Counted from the first letter of the stretch, positions 7,722-16,905 are shown. The stretch is DNA of 64,000 nucleotides from Verrucomicrobiota bacterium (GCA_039798785.1 JBDKFG010000001.1:32001-96000), one strand, 5' to 3'. Translations and numbers: made by a program. Notes: generated from the letters alone by a model not told the origin.

Positions 7722-7832
7722 CTCCTGGCGGATGCCGCCGTGAATCCATGCCACCCCCCGGACGCGGAACGCCCGCAAAGCGTTCCTGGCCCAGCGCCAA
7801 GTCCACTTTCACGGCCCCCTCGCCGCCAGGAG
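7722..7832 (+). ncRNA. Y-RNA-like unit 7 (non-tRNA internal module)
   Basis: Outer stem CTCCTGGCGG/CCGCCAGGAG, ATGCC/CCCTCG loop, inner stem GCCGTGAA/TTCACGGC, TCCA; internal GGAACGC/GCGTTCC hairpin. Confidence 0.75.
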
Positions 7833-7842
7833 TTAGTTTGGC

Positions 7843-7890
7843 GGAAGGATCGCCGCATGAAGGAGCTTGCGGCGAAAGAGCCTTCCTTTT
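7843..7890 (+). terminator. Possible terminator closing the rsr/Y-RNA transcript
   Basis: GGAAGG..CGCCGCA/TGCGGCG..CCTTCC hairpin followed by TTTT; the U-tract is short and the stem interrupted. Confidence 0.35.
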
Positions 7891-8024
7891 CGAAACGACC
7901 CAGGACGCTTACATCTACATCGAGGCTTGGTTCGACTGAACAAACCGGCTGGCAGCCGGCGCTCCCAGGAGCAACCTCTCGATCGGGACGATCGAGCCAC
8001 ATCCCGCAAATCAGGACTCACGCA

Positions 8025-8687
8025 ATGACCGCCTACATCAGCCTCGGCTACACCGTCACCCGCCCGGTTGAGCGCGAGCATTGGATGAACGAGAATCTGC
8101 CGTCGCGGATCCTCTCCTTCAGCGAGTGCATCGCTCCGCACATCCCCAACGGAAGCTTGGTCGATGTGACTCGAGGAGTGAGTAGGGCCATTCAGGAGCT
8201 TGAGATCGGGGAGTCGACCGCGATACGGCTCCATTCGATGCTTGAACGGCAGTTTCAGAAAACCTGGTTTTGGCCGCGCCATCTCGTCTGCATGGCAACC
8301 GCCCGTGAGATCCTCACTGTCCTGCACGAAGAATCACGCGATTGGCTTATTCTTGAGGTTTTTGCGGAGGAGTCTAGCCGGCAGGAGTTGCTCGAGACAA
8401 TTGACGGCTCGTCCCCTCATCGCCTGGATGGCGACTGGCTGCGAACGGCGACTCCTCAAGCCCCTGGCCCCATCCTCGGCTTCGAAGTGTACAACATCTG
8501 GGAGGGGCACTCCTGGCATTGCCATGACCTAAGCTCCACCGTTGAACAGCACTTGGGATTCAGAGTCGGCGCTTGGGGGCTGTTGCCAGATCTCGAGCAG
8601 GCCAGGCAGGCCACTCAATGGATCGCCCAAGAAGCCGTCACAGATAAAGGTCCATGGATCTCCATCGCCCTCTGCCAAGTCACTTAA
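8025..8687 (+). CDS. Hypothetical protein (paralog of 8754-9428)
   Basis: ATG at 8025 after AGGA; shares YISLGYTVTRPV, WFWPR, WGLLPDLEQAR and IALC with the next ORF. Confidence 0.75.
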   Translation: MTAYISLGYTVTRPVEREHWMNENLPSRILSFSECIAPHIPNGSLVDVTRGVSRAIQELEIGESTAIRLHSMLERQFQKTWFWPRHLVCMATAREILTVLHEESRDWLILEVFAEESSRQELLETIDGSSPHRLDGDWLRTATPQAPGPILGFEVYNIWEGHSWHCHDLSSTVEQHLGFRVGAWGLLPDLEQARQATQWIAQEAVTDKGPWISIALCQVT

Positions 8688-8753
8688 CACCTAAACCTTC
8701 CGTGCCCTCCGAGCCTTCCGTGGTGGGCTGAAGCCAGTTACAAGAGAGCTCCC

Positions 8754-9428
8754 ATGAGCCAATACATCAGCCTCGGCTACACCGTCACCCGCCCGGTCGA
8801 CCGCAAGAAATGGGGCCAGTCGATACTGCCTCCTCAGATTCTCACCCTCAGCCGCTGGAGCCCCTCGTTCCCCAATGCCGCATGCCTCACTTGGACCAAC
8901 AGTTCAGCCGAAGAAGAGGCCAGTCTCGAGATCCGTAGTCACACGCTTGCACAACTCCGCGACTTGCTGGATGACTCCTTCGGCACGAAATGGTTTTGGC
9001 CGAGATGCCTGATCGACGAAGGCTTGGCTCGGGAGATTCTGCGGATCCTCCTCAGCGATTCTTCCGGCTGGCAGATCTTTCGACTCTACACCCCAGCAGA
9101 ACATCGATTGTCCATCATCGAGGAATTGAACTTCATGCGCTCTCCGCAGGATCCAGAGGACTCGCGATGGCTGGGGGAAACGCCACTGGTGGACGTTTCA
9201 CAAATTCACGCGCTCGGCGCCGAGATTTACAACCTCGCCGGTGAATACACGTGGCACGTCAACGACCTCGCCATCGAAGTCGACAACCTCTTCGGTTTCA
9301 AGGTCGGACCCTGGGGCTTGTTGCCAGACCTCGAACAAGCTCGCAAAACGGCGGCATGGATCACACAAGAAGGCAATGCTGAACCCGGCCTGTGGATCCC
9401 GATCGCGCTCTGCCCCGTCGACGCCTGA
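8754..9428 (+). CDS. Hypothetical protein (paralog of 8025-8687)
   Basis: 224-aa ORF with the same conserved blocks. Confidence 0.75.
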   Translation: MSQYISLGYTVTRPVDRKKWGQSILPPQILTLSRWSPSFPNAACLTWTNSSAEEEASLEIRSHTLAQLRDLLDDSFGTKWFWPRCLIDEGLAREILRILLSDSSGWQIFRLYTPAEHRLSIIEELNFMRSPQDPEDSRWLGETPLVDVSQIHALGAEIYNLAGEYTWHVNDLAIEVDNLFGFKVGPWGLLPDLEQARKTAAWITQEGNAEPGLWIPIALCPVDA

Positions 9429-9573
9429 ACAAAACCGGCTGCTAGCCCGTGCTGCCCACAAAAATCTGGCTAAGCCACTGGGGCAAACGCTCCCACGATC
9501 GGGGGTGAGTCTTATCGGAAGAGGAAGCTCGAATGGGATGGTCAAATCCCAACCACGAAATCAGGAGTCTCTT

Positions 9574-10047
9574 ATGACCATCGACGACACCAAACTTCTA
9601 GCCACTATCAACAGTGATTTGTCGAAGCTGGGAAAGTGCCTAAGAGGCTTCAATTATGAAGTTGCAATCCACGTTTGGGCTGTGACTGATATCGAAGGAA
9701 TGAAGCCGATGGAGATAATTGCCAAAGGCCTCGGAGCCAAGGTCTCTGGCATCTGCAAAGGGCCTCGATCCATCGACAAGCTTTTCAAGTCGATTCGATT
9801 TGCGCTCCGGCATCGCGGAAATGAGTCTTGGGGTTATCAAACTAACGATTTGTTCGTCGCGTCACCGGAATTTGATAAGCAGCTCGATGACTCCATCCAA
9901 AATTGCTCCCAGCTCTTCAAGAACTCTAGATGCCGACCTTTCTACTTACGAGATGGCCACCCTTTCTATCCAGTGTTCTGGAGCTTCGCCTATCTGATTG
10001 AGAAAGGCAGTGACGGCTACCTCTTCATCGCCTCGGGCTCTGACTGA
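9574..10047 (+). CDS. Hypothetical protein
   Basis: AGGAG RBS then ATG; lower GC; C-terminal GHPFYPVFWSFAYLI...FIASGSD. Confidence 0.65.
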   Translation: MTIDDTKLLATINSDLSKLGKCLRGFNYEVAIHVWAVTDIEGMKPMEIIAKGLGAKVSGICKGPRSIDKLFKSIRFALRHRGNESWGYQTNDLFVASPEFDKQLDDSIQNCSQLFKNSRCRPFYLRDGHPFYPVFWSFAYLIEKGSDGYLFIASGSD

Positions 10048-10168
10048 AGCAAAGCGGCTGGCCGCCGGCGCTCTCAGCCTGGAAACCTTAATCCGAGGCT
10101 GCAAACCCGGCACGGAGGCCGGGGCTCCCAGGGAAATCCGGCAGCCCCCGGAATTCTCTTGTTCGGTC

Positions 10169-10183
10169 ATTGATAAAATCAAT
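10169..10183. promoter_or_regulatory. LysR-type (T-N11-A) palindrome ATTGATAAAATCAAT
   Basis: Palindrome upstream of the 10278 operon; a near-identical copy is at 31417-31431. Confidence 0.45.
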
Positions 10184-10277
10184 CTTGGCTATCGAATTTT
10201 TTCTTCGCCCTTGGCGCCTGGGATTGTGTAGGCTGGAAGCAGAGAAGCCAAACACAAACGCCCCAGGAATCCAGACC

Positions 10278-11345
10278 ATGATTACCCTGCCATCCTCGAC
10301 CTGTTCCCTGCCGCTCCTCTTTGCCCAGGTGCGGGAGGATCCTCTTCAGGAGGAGCGTCTGCTCCGGGACCTGGGGCCAGCGCCGCGCCTGATGATGATC
10401 GCTTCCGGCGGCTGCACCGCGGCCTACCTGGCGGGGAAGTCGCTGGCCGCGGAGATCCACCTGGTCGACGCCGCACCGGCTCAAGTGGCCCTCACCCGCC
10501 TCAAGCTCGCTCTACTTCAGGCGCCGCCGAGTCAACGCCGCGCCCTCCTCGGCTGGAGCCCGACGGCGCCGGAGGATCGCCTCGCAGGCCTAGGTCAATG
10601 GCTGGCCCCGCTCGGACTCCAGCCCGGAGATCTCGGGCCGGAGGAAGTCCTCGCCGCGAGCGGTCCGGACTTCTGCGGCCGTTACGAAGTCCTCTTCGCC
10701 GCCCTGCGCCAAAGCCTGGAGCCGTTTCGGCACGAGCTCGAGGAACTTCTTTGCGGCAGGCGCGAATACGCGCCCGGCGCGCTCTCGGCCGCCCTCCGAC
10801 GAAGCTGCGAGGTCGTTTTCGACCTGGAGCTGCTGCAGCGCCTCTTCGGCCCGGCCGCGACCCAACAAGCCCGGCAAAGCTTCGCCGCCCACTTCTTCCA
10901 ACGCCTCGAACTCGCCTTGTCCGAGCCCGGACGAAGCCAAAACCCCTGGCTGCATTCGATCCTGAAAGGCCCCGCCGCCGCTTTCCCGCCGCCTTGGCTG
11001 GAGCTGCCGCAGACGAGCCCGCGCTGCCGCATCACCAGCGTCCAGGCGACGATGTCCGAGGCCTTGCGTCAAGCGCAAAACGAGGGGCGGCTTTTTGATC
11101 TGATCCAGCTCTCCAACATCCTCGACTGGCTGGCTCCGGACGAAGCCCTCGCGCTTCTTGAGTTCGCCCGTCCCTGTCTCGCCCCGGGCGGCAAGATCCT
11201 GATCCGCCAGCTCAACTCCCGCCTCGAAATCCCCTCCCTGAGCCCGCACTGGCGCTGGAGGCCCGCTCCCGCTTCCCTGCCGCGGCTCGGCGACCGCAGC
11301 TTCTTCTATCCCGCCATCCTGGTGGGGGCGCCTCATGCAAACTGA
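10278..11345 (+). CDS. DUF3419/BtaA-like SAM-dependent transferase
   Basis: FAQVREDP, MIASGGCTA, VDAAPAQVAL, LSNILDWL, LAPGGKILIRQLNS, DRSFFY. Confidence 0.75.
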   Translation: MITLPSSTCSLPLLFAQVREDPLQEERLLRDLGPAPRLMMIASGGCTAAYLAGKSLAAEIHLVDAAPAQVALTRLKLALLQAPPSQRRALLGWSPTAPEDRLAGLGQWLAPLGLQPGDLGPEEVLAASGPDFCGRYEVLFAALRQSLEPFRHELEELLCGRREYAPGALSAALRRSCEVVFDLELLQRLFGPAATQQARQSFAAHFFQRLELALSEPGRSQNPWLHSILKGPAAAFPPPWLELPQTSPRCRITSVQATMSEALRQAQNEGRLFDLIQLSNILDWLAPDEALALLEFARPCLAPGGKILIRQLNSRLEIPSLSPHWRWRPAPASLPRLGDRSFFYPAILVGAPHAN

Positions 11346-12189
11346 ATCCCACTCCGGCCCGCTGCCGCCCGGTCTCGCGGCCGAGCTGCTCGCCTTCGCG
11401 ACCCGCTTCTCCCATTCCCTCGGAGCCGCCGGACGCTTTCGGGTCGAGCTCGGCCCCGATCCGAGCCGCTTCTTCGCCTCGCTGGGCCGCCCGACTTACT
11501 TCCTCTGCCGCCACGACGGTCTCATCTGCGGCAGCCTGGCGCTGAGCCTGGATCCGAAGCTCGGCTCGGCCTACCTCGGCGAGCTGAAGACGGCGCCGGG
11601 ACCGCAACGCGGACGCATCCTGCTCAGCCTCGCGGACGCCGCAAAAACCTGGCTCGGCGAAGAAGGAATCGCGGCCTGCCACGCCTTCGTCATGGCCGGC
11701 TCGGCCTCGCCCCTCGACTACACCGGACGCCTCGGCCTGCCCCGGATGGAGCGCCTTCTCGAGGCCGGGATCGACCTGGTTCCGACGACTCCGGGGATTC
11801 CCGACGATGGAGTCGAAGAAGTCCTCCTGCCGCCCGATTTGCGCGCGGCGCAGAGACCGCGGCTTCTCCGCTGCCGCAGCGCCAGCGCCCGCCTCCTCGA
11901 CACCTGGGCGGCGAAACGCCTCTACGATCCCTCCGGACGGGAGATCCGCCGCCTCCATCTCGGCCGCCTCGTCTTCGAGTCGCCGGAGGACGCCGAGGAC
12001 CTCATCCGCCACGCCGCCAGTCAAGCGGCGGCGCGCTCGGCCGAGGGGCTCTTCCTCGCCTTGCGTCCCGAGGAGCGCCGCCGCCTGCCCGCCCGCCTGC
12101 TTGCCTCCTGGCCGGAGCCGGCGAAATACGCCGTCTACGGCCACGGGCATGAGACTTGGAATCAGTCGCTATGCTCAGCGGAAGTCTGA
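11335..12189 (+). CDS. Hypothetical protein, possibly GNAT-like fold
   Basis: Overlaps the upstream stop; AYLGELKTAP..RGRIL resembles GNAT motif A; PLDYTGRLGLP. Confidence 0.55.
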   Translation: MQTESHSGPLPPGLAAELLAFATRFSHSLGAAGRFRVELGPDPSRFFASLGRPTYFLCRHDGLICGSLALSLDPKLGSAYLGELKTAPGPQRGRILLSLADAAKTWLGEEGIAACHAFVMAGSASPLDYTGRLGLPRMERLLEAGIDLVPTTPGIPDDGVEEVLLPPDLRAAQRPRLLRCRSASARLLDTWAAKRLYDPSGREIRRLHLGRLVFESPEDAEDLIRHAASQAAARSAEGLFLALRPEERRRLPARLLASWPEPAKYAVYGHGHETWNQSLCSAEV

Positions 12190-12211
12190 AAACTCAAACC
12201 GGAGAAAACCC

Positions 12212-12691
12212 ATGCTAAAATCATCCATGCTGTCCTTGTCTCTCTTGGCCCTTGCCTCCTGCCAAAGTCAGCGACACGAGGAATTCTTTCTCAGCTACGC
12301 CGATGTAGAAATCATCGCTTCCACCGACCCGAAGACCGAACATGCGGCCTACTACGATCCGAAGGGGAAGTCCGCCTATTTCGAGGGACAGCATTCACCC
12401 ACGCTGACAAAAATCTGCGAGCGCTTTCATGCACCCGCCACCCATGGACCGCTCACCGTACATCATGCAGGCAAAAGCATCGTCTATCGATGGCGAGATG
12501 CCAAGCCAGAGTACTGCTCGGCCTCGGTGGAAGGTCGGGAATTCCTCTGGATCGGCATGGGTCTGATGATCCGTGGCATCTCAGGCAAGCCCACGGATCA
12601 GGACATTGAGCTCTATCAACTGGTTTCGGGATTGCCCAAGAGTCATCCGCAGCACTTCATCAAGTTGCAGGGTGAGATCACGATCCCGTGA
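12212..12691 (+). CDS. Hypothetical lipoprotein
   Basis: GGAG RBS; signal peptide with lipobox LASC. Confidence 0.65.
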   Translation: MLKSSMLSLSLLALASCQSQRHEEFFLSYADVEIIASTDPKTEHAAYYDPKGKSAYFEGQHSPTLTKICERFHAPATHGPLTVHHAGKSIVYRWRDAKPEYCSASVEGREFLWIGMGLMIRGISGKPTDQDIELYQLVSGLPKSHPQHFIKLQGEITIP

Positions 12692-12753
12692 ACCTCTAAG
12701 GCCCGGCGAGACGCCGGTGCTCCCAGGCCAATTCAAACATCAGGAGACCTCCC

Positions 12754-13452
12754 ATGAATCCCTCTCGTCCCCGACCTCTGCGTTCCCTCGCTGCCGCCGA
12801 GGCTTTGCGGCAAGCCTGCGATTTCCCTCGTCAAACGTATTTCCGCGCCTTGCTACAAGGCGGGATGAGCCGCGAGGATTTTCTTGAATCGCAGCGCCAC
12901 TTCGCCCATGCCGTCGCCTTCTTCCCTCGGCCGATGGCGGCACTGGTGGCGCGCCTGCCCGATCCCCGGCAACGCCTCGACCTCCTGCGCAACCTCGTCG
13001 AGGAGCACGGCGACTTCCGCGAGGAGGCCTTTCACATCAGCAGCTTCCGCGACTTCCTCACCGGCCTTGGCGGGCCTGGTGCGGCGGAGCTGCCGCCCCT
13101 GTCTCCGGGATTACACGCCTTCCAGGCTGCCCTCACCGGCACTTGTTGCTTCGACGAGCTGGAGACCGGCCTCGCCTGCCTCGGCTTCATTGAATACGCC
13201 TTTGCCGAGCTCAGCTCCCTGGTCGCGACGGCGGTGATCGAGCGCGGCTGGATCTCGCCCCGCGAACTGCGCCATTACCGCCTCCACGCCCGGATCGACG
13301 AGGAGCACGCGGCGGAGTTCTTCCTGGTGATCGAAAGCGCTTGGGACGAGCCGGCCCGGCGGCTCCATCTCGAGCGCGGCCTCGCCCTCGGCGCGCAGCT
13401 CTTCCGCCGCCTCTACGACGATCTCGCCGAAGTGAAGGTGCCCCATGCCTGA
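12754..13452 (+). CDS. Heme-oxygenase-like (TenA/PqqC/CADD-like) iron-containing redox enzyme
   Basis: NLVEEHG...H, IEYAF and YRLHARIDEEHA provide the E/H/D diiron ligand pattern. Confidence 0.8.
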   Translation: MNPSRPRPLRSLAAAEALRQACDFPRQTYFRALLQGGMSREDFLESQRHFAHAVAFFPRPMAALVARLPDPRQRLDLLRNLVEEHGDFREEAFHISSFRDFLTGLGGPGAAELPPLSPGLHAFQAALTGTCCFDELETGLACLGFIEYAFAELSSLVATAVIERGWISPRELRHYRLHARIDEEHAAEFFLVIESAWDEPARRLHLERGLALGAQLFRRLYDDLAEVKVPHA

Positions 13453-14158
13453 GCACAGCCTCGCCCTGATGGAAGCCGCCGCGCCCTGGCTGGCGCTGTG
13501 GATCAGCTTCTTCTCCCTCGCCACCTTCGCCCGGCTGTTGTTGCAGCGTCTCGGCAAGGCGCCCGGCCTCTTGTTCATCGAAGGTTCGGGCCTGCCCTTG
13601 ATCCTGATGCACAGCGTTTGCTTTGTCGAGGCGCTTCTCCACCGCGAAGGCCTCGGCCTGCTGCTCTTCGCCTGGTGGGGACCGGGCTTCCTGATCGTCG
13701 CCTGGGCCTACCTGCGGGCCCGCAAGCGCGGCACCTATCTGCGCTGGGGTCCCTGGCGCCCCGCCATCAGTTGGGCCTGCAAGATCAACTACCTGGTTTT
13801 TGTCGCGCTCTATCTCTGGCAGGGCCACTGGACCATCATCTTCGTCCTCAGCCTCTGGATCATGAACGACCAGGTCGCCCTGGCCTGGCGCGCCGACGAC
13901 GCCGACCGCACTCGCCGCACCCTCGACGACGCCTGGATCTTCCGCTTGCTTTACCCCGCCGGGCTCTTCATCCCCTGTTTTGTGCCGATTCCCGGAGCGG
14001 ACGTGATGGTTCTTCTCTCCGGACTTCTGCTCGCCGCCTGGTTGCTCGGGCTCCTCAGGATCTGGCGACTAGGTCTCTTCCGCCGCCTGCCCGGTGACCA
14101 GATGCTGTTGCGCAACATGACCTATTTCCGCGACTGCCCGAGGGCGTCAGATACTTGA
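13445..14158 (+). CDS. Hypothetical integral membrane protein
   Basis: Several hydrophobic helices; overlaps the upstream gene. Confidence 0.75.
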   Translation: MPEHSLALMEAAAPWLALWISFFSLATFARLLLQRLGKAPGLLFIEGSGLPLILMHSVCFVEALLHREGLGLLLFAWWGPGFLIVAWAYLRARKRGTYLRWGPWRPAISWACKINYLVFVALYLWQGHWTIIFVLSLWIMNDQVALAWRADDADRTRRTLDDAWIFRLLYPAGLFIPCFVPIPGADVMVLLSGLLLAAWLLGLLRIWRLGLFRRLPGDQMLLRNMTYFRDCPRASDT

Positions 14159-14259
14159 GCTTCTTCTCCGCCCGCCGCTTTCAACTTGACTTCAATCCAA
14201 AGGGTGGACAGTTTGACGATTGAGATGAAGTTTGCCGTCTTAAACTCCGGAGAATCGAG

Positions 14260-15096
14260 ATGTCGCAGAAAGTCAAAAAGCTGGTTTTCTCCTGTCTGCG
14301 TGTCGCGGTCGCGGTCTACCTGGTCATTCTCGCCGCCTTTTTCGTTTTCCAGAAGCGTTTGATCTTCAAGCCGGTGCCTTTGTCGGACTCGGCGGTGATC
14401 AAGCCGCCGATCTCCGGCAGTTTGGAATTGAGTCTGGAGAAGGCCGATGGCGGGCGGCTGTCTGCGATCTTCGTGCCGGCGCCCGAGCTTGCCGGGCAGC
14501 CGCGGCGGGTGATCCTGCACTGTCACGGCAATGCCGGCAATCTTCTTGATCGTCAACAGCTTCTTGCCGATTACCATCAGCAAGCCTGCGCGGCTTTGGC
14601 GCCCGATTGGTGCGGCTACGGCAAGACCAGCGGCAGCCCGGATGAGGCGGGGATTTACGCCGAGGCCGAGATGGCCTTCTCCTGGCTGCTGCAGCAGGGC
14701 TGGAAAGAGGAGGAGATCGTGATTCACGGGACCAGCCTTGGCGGCGGCCCGGCTTGCTGGTTGGCCGAGCGGCACCCCGGCTGCGCCGGCTTGATCCTCT
14801 GCTGTACTTTCACCAGGATTCCGGACATGGCTCGCCACCGCTACCCCTTCCTGCCGCCGCAACTCTGCACCACCCGATTCGATAACCTCAAACGGATCGC
14901 CGGCATCAAGATGCCCCTGCTCGTCATTCATGGCACCGAGGATCAAATAGTGCCCTCCAATCACAGCGAAAGGCTTTATGCCGCCGCCGCATCCCCGGTC
15001 AAACGGCTTGTTCTCGTGCCGAAAATCGGCCACAATGATCTCGAGCAGGCTTCAGAGTTCTGGGGGGCTTTCGGGAAGTTTGTGAGGAGCCCGTAA
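14260..15096 (+). CDS. Alpha/beta hydrolase (ABHD17/BEM46-like)
   Basis: HGNAGN, GYGKTSG, GTSLGG nucleophile, HGTEDQIVP, GHND. Confidence 0.9.
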   Translation: MSQKVKKLVFSCLRVAVAVYLVILAAFFVFQKRLIFKPVPLSDSAVIKPPISGSLELSLEKADGGRLSAIFVPAPELAGQPRRVILHCHGNAGNLLDRQQLLADYHQQACAALAPDWCGYGKTSGSPDEAGIYAEAEMAFSWLLQQGWKEEEIVIHGTSLGGGPACWLAERHPGCAGLILCCTFTRIPDMARHRYPFLPPQLCTTRFDNLKRIAGIKMPLLVIHGTEDQIVPSNHSERLYAAAASPVKRLVLVPKIGHNDLEQASEFWGAFGKFVRSP

Positions 15097-15166
15097 AGTC
15101 CTCGTGAAAATCTTGCGGGACAATGTTTTGAATTAATTGGGATTTTTTTTGGTAGCTTTGTAACTC

Positions 15167-15898
15167 ATGTTTGTTGGGCTTGCATTTCTTGCATCCCAAA
15201 ACATGAGGAGCCATTGCATGTTGATCCTTTCAGCCATCTTGTTGATTGCCGCTGTCGCCACTCTATTCATGAGGAGGAGCCGCGGGCGTGTGTTGATGTC
15301 CGGCCTCTTGCTGGCAGCTAGCGCTGCGCTGGTCGTCCGGGGCCTTGTCGACCAACCTCGCGACCTTCTCACCGAGCAGCTGATGGAAGCGGAGCAGAGA
15401 GGCTTTTTGCGGAATCTTGAGCCGAACATGAAAGCGGATATGCCCTTGATTTTCGTCGGCCAAGGCTGCGACCAGGACTTGGTGGATCGGATCTGTGCCC
15501 TGCTGGCCAGACCAGCGGATAGAATCACTAGTCTCAAAGCGGTTCTGGAGTCATCGTCTCGACCGTCCCGGGCTCTGGTGATCTGCCTCGACGGCATACC
15601 TGCCTCACTTCAGGATCCGCTGAAGCAACTGCCATCCACCTGGCTTCTCGTCGTCTTCAAGGGGCCGGTTCGAAATGCCCAGGCTGTCTTTGCTTATCCC
15701 GGATTCCTGGGCGTGCAAACCCGCCAAAACTGGCGCCAATTAACGACTGAGCTTGATGCCGAAGGTGTTTTGCCGGGAGATTGGGGTGCTATCTCCCAGA
15801 AATATTTCTGCTTCTGGAGGCCTTATCAGTATGAAGAGTTTTTGAAAAGCCATCGAGTCCCGCCCAGCAACATCGAAACCGAGGAGGAACAACCATGA
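15167..15898 (+). CDS. Hypothetical membrane-anchored protein
   Basis: ORF with N-terminal hydrophobic segments, coupled to the next gene; the start is uncertain. Confidence 0.55.
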   Translation: MFVGLAFLASQNMRSHCMLILSAILLIAAVATLFMRRSRGRVLMSGLLLAASAALVVRGLVDQPRDLLTEQLMEAEQRGFLRNLEPNMKADMPLIFVGQGCDQDLVDRICALLARPADRITSLKAVLESSSRPSRALVICLDGIPASLQDPLKQLPSTWLLVVFKGPVRNAQAVFAYPGFLGVQTRQNWRQLTTELDAEGVLPGDWGAISQKYFCFWRPYQYEEFLKSHRVPPSNIETEEEQP

Positions 15899-16632
15899 GT
15901 CTGCGCCGTCGTTTTTCATTGATTGAGCTATTGATGGTTGTCGCCATCATCGCCATCCTTTTGAGCCTTCTTTTAGGCGGCATGGCCCAAGCTCGCCGCA
16001 AAGCTCAGTTTGTCGTCTGCTTCAACAATGCCAAGCAGATCGGCCAATCCGTAGTTCTTTACACCAACACCAACCGCGGCGGCATTCCCTACAGCGTCAA
16101 TGCTGCATCTTGGGACGACCTGTTATCGCCCCATCTCTTCACCAACTTCGGCGCTTCTGCCATAGCTTTGAAGGGGATCCGGGTCGCTGACAACATCCCG
16201 GGCGGCAAAACCTGGCTTTGCCCCTTGGCTCCCACCCAGGCGGTGATCGACAGCAATGCGCCGGAAGGACTGAACCTGGCATCTCCCAGCAATGTGTATG
16301 AGGCTCGCAGCTATGGCATCAACGGGCTCGGATCAGGGCAGCAGGGGCGGGTCGACGGTGGGGAAGGACTCCTTTGCGAGGGCAGCCGAGCGACGATCAG
16401 GATGAGCGAGTTTACCAGATCCGCCTCCGAAGTCATCCTGATCGCTGAACGGGACGCGAAGCTCTCCTGCCGTGGATGGTATCGCAGCAGCGTCACCGGA
16501 CCGATGGACAAGTATCGCAGGGCTCAGGGCCTGCACAAAGAGTCGCCAGGGAAATACACCAACGTCATGACCGACGGTTCGGCGCAGTTCCTTCATTGGT
16601 CGGCGATGGAAGAGAGGCAGTTCTGGAAGTGA
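15895..16632 (+). CDS. Prepilin-type N-terminal cleavage/methylation domain protein (PVC DUF1559-like)
   Basis: RRFSLIELLMVVAIIAILLSLLL, CFNNAKQIG, WLCP, SYGIN, H...NVMTDGSA. Confidence 0.85.
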   Translation: MSLRRRFSLIELLMVVAIIAILLSLLLGGMAQARRKAQFVVCFNNAKQIGQSVVLYTNTNRGGIPYSVNAASWDDLLSPHLFTNFGASAIALKGIRVADNIPGGKTWLCPLAPTQAVIDSNAPEGLNLASPSNVYEARSYGINGLGSGQQGRVDGGEGLLCEGSRATIRMSEFTRSASEVILIAERDAKLSCRGWYRSSVTGPMDKYRRAQGLHKESPGKYTNVMTDGSAQFLHWSAMEERQFWK

Positions 16633-16905
16633 ATGCGCTTTGGGAGGGGGGGTGAAGCCTTTCCCCAAGGAAGCTTGACTGAACCTAAAAACCGCAGCAG
16701 AGGAACTGAACCGGGTTGAATGAAAGGTTGAATGGTTGAAACTCAAGCCTATGAGCGACAACCAGAAGCCAAATCAAAACGAAAGAAACCGTCATCCAGT
16801 GCTAAGCCAAATGATTGTTGAGGGCTGACAAGGAATCCAGGCTGATGACTGCCGGGTCAATTCTGAAGTCGTTCACTGTTGTTGCAGCTCAATCTTTCAA
16901 CGGGT

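Noticed and set aside
6917..7832. CRISPR array or attC cassette array
   Set aside because: No identical direct repeats of constant length and no cas or integrase genes; conservation is structural rather than repeat-spacer.
6915..8024. ORFs over the RNA array, including the N-terminal extension of 7617-8687
   Set aside because: No protein motifs. The region is explained by RNA structure, and paralogy places the real start at 8025.
9478..9545. c-di-GMP-I riboswitch suggested by GGCAAAC
   Set aside because: No GNRA-capped P2 and no following GCAAAG/P3 signature.
10170..10182. FNR box
   Set aside because: The spacing is TTGAT-N3-ATCAA rather than N4, which fits T-N11-A better.
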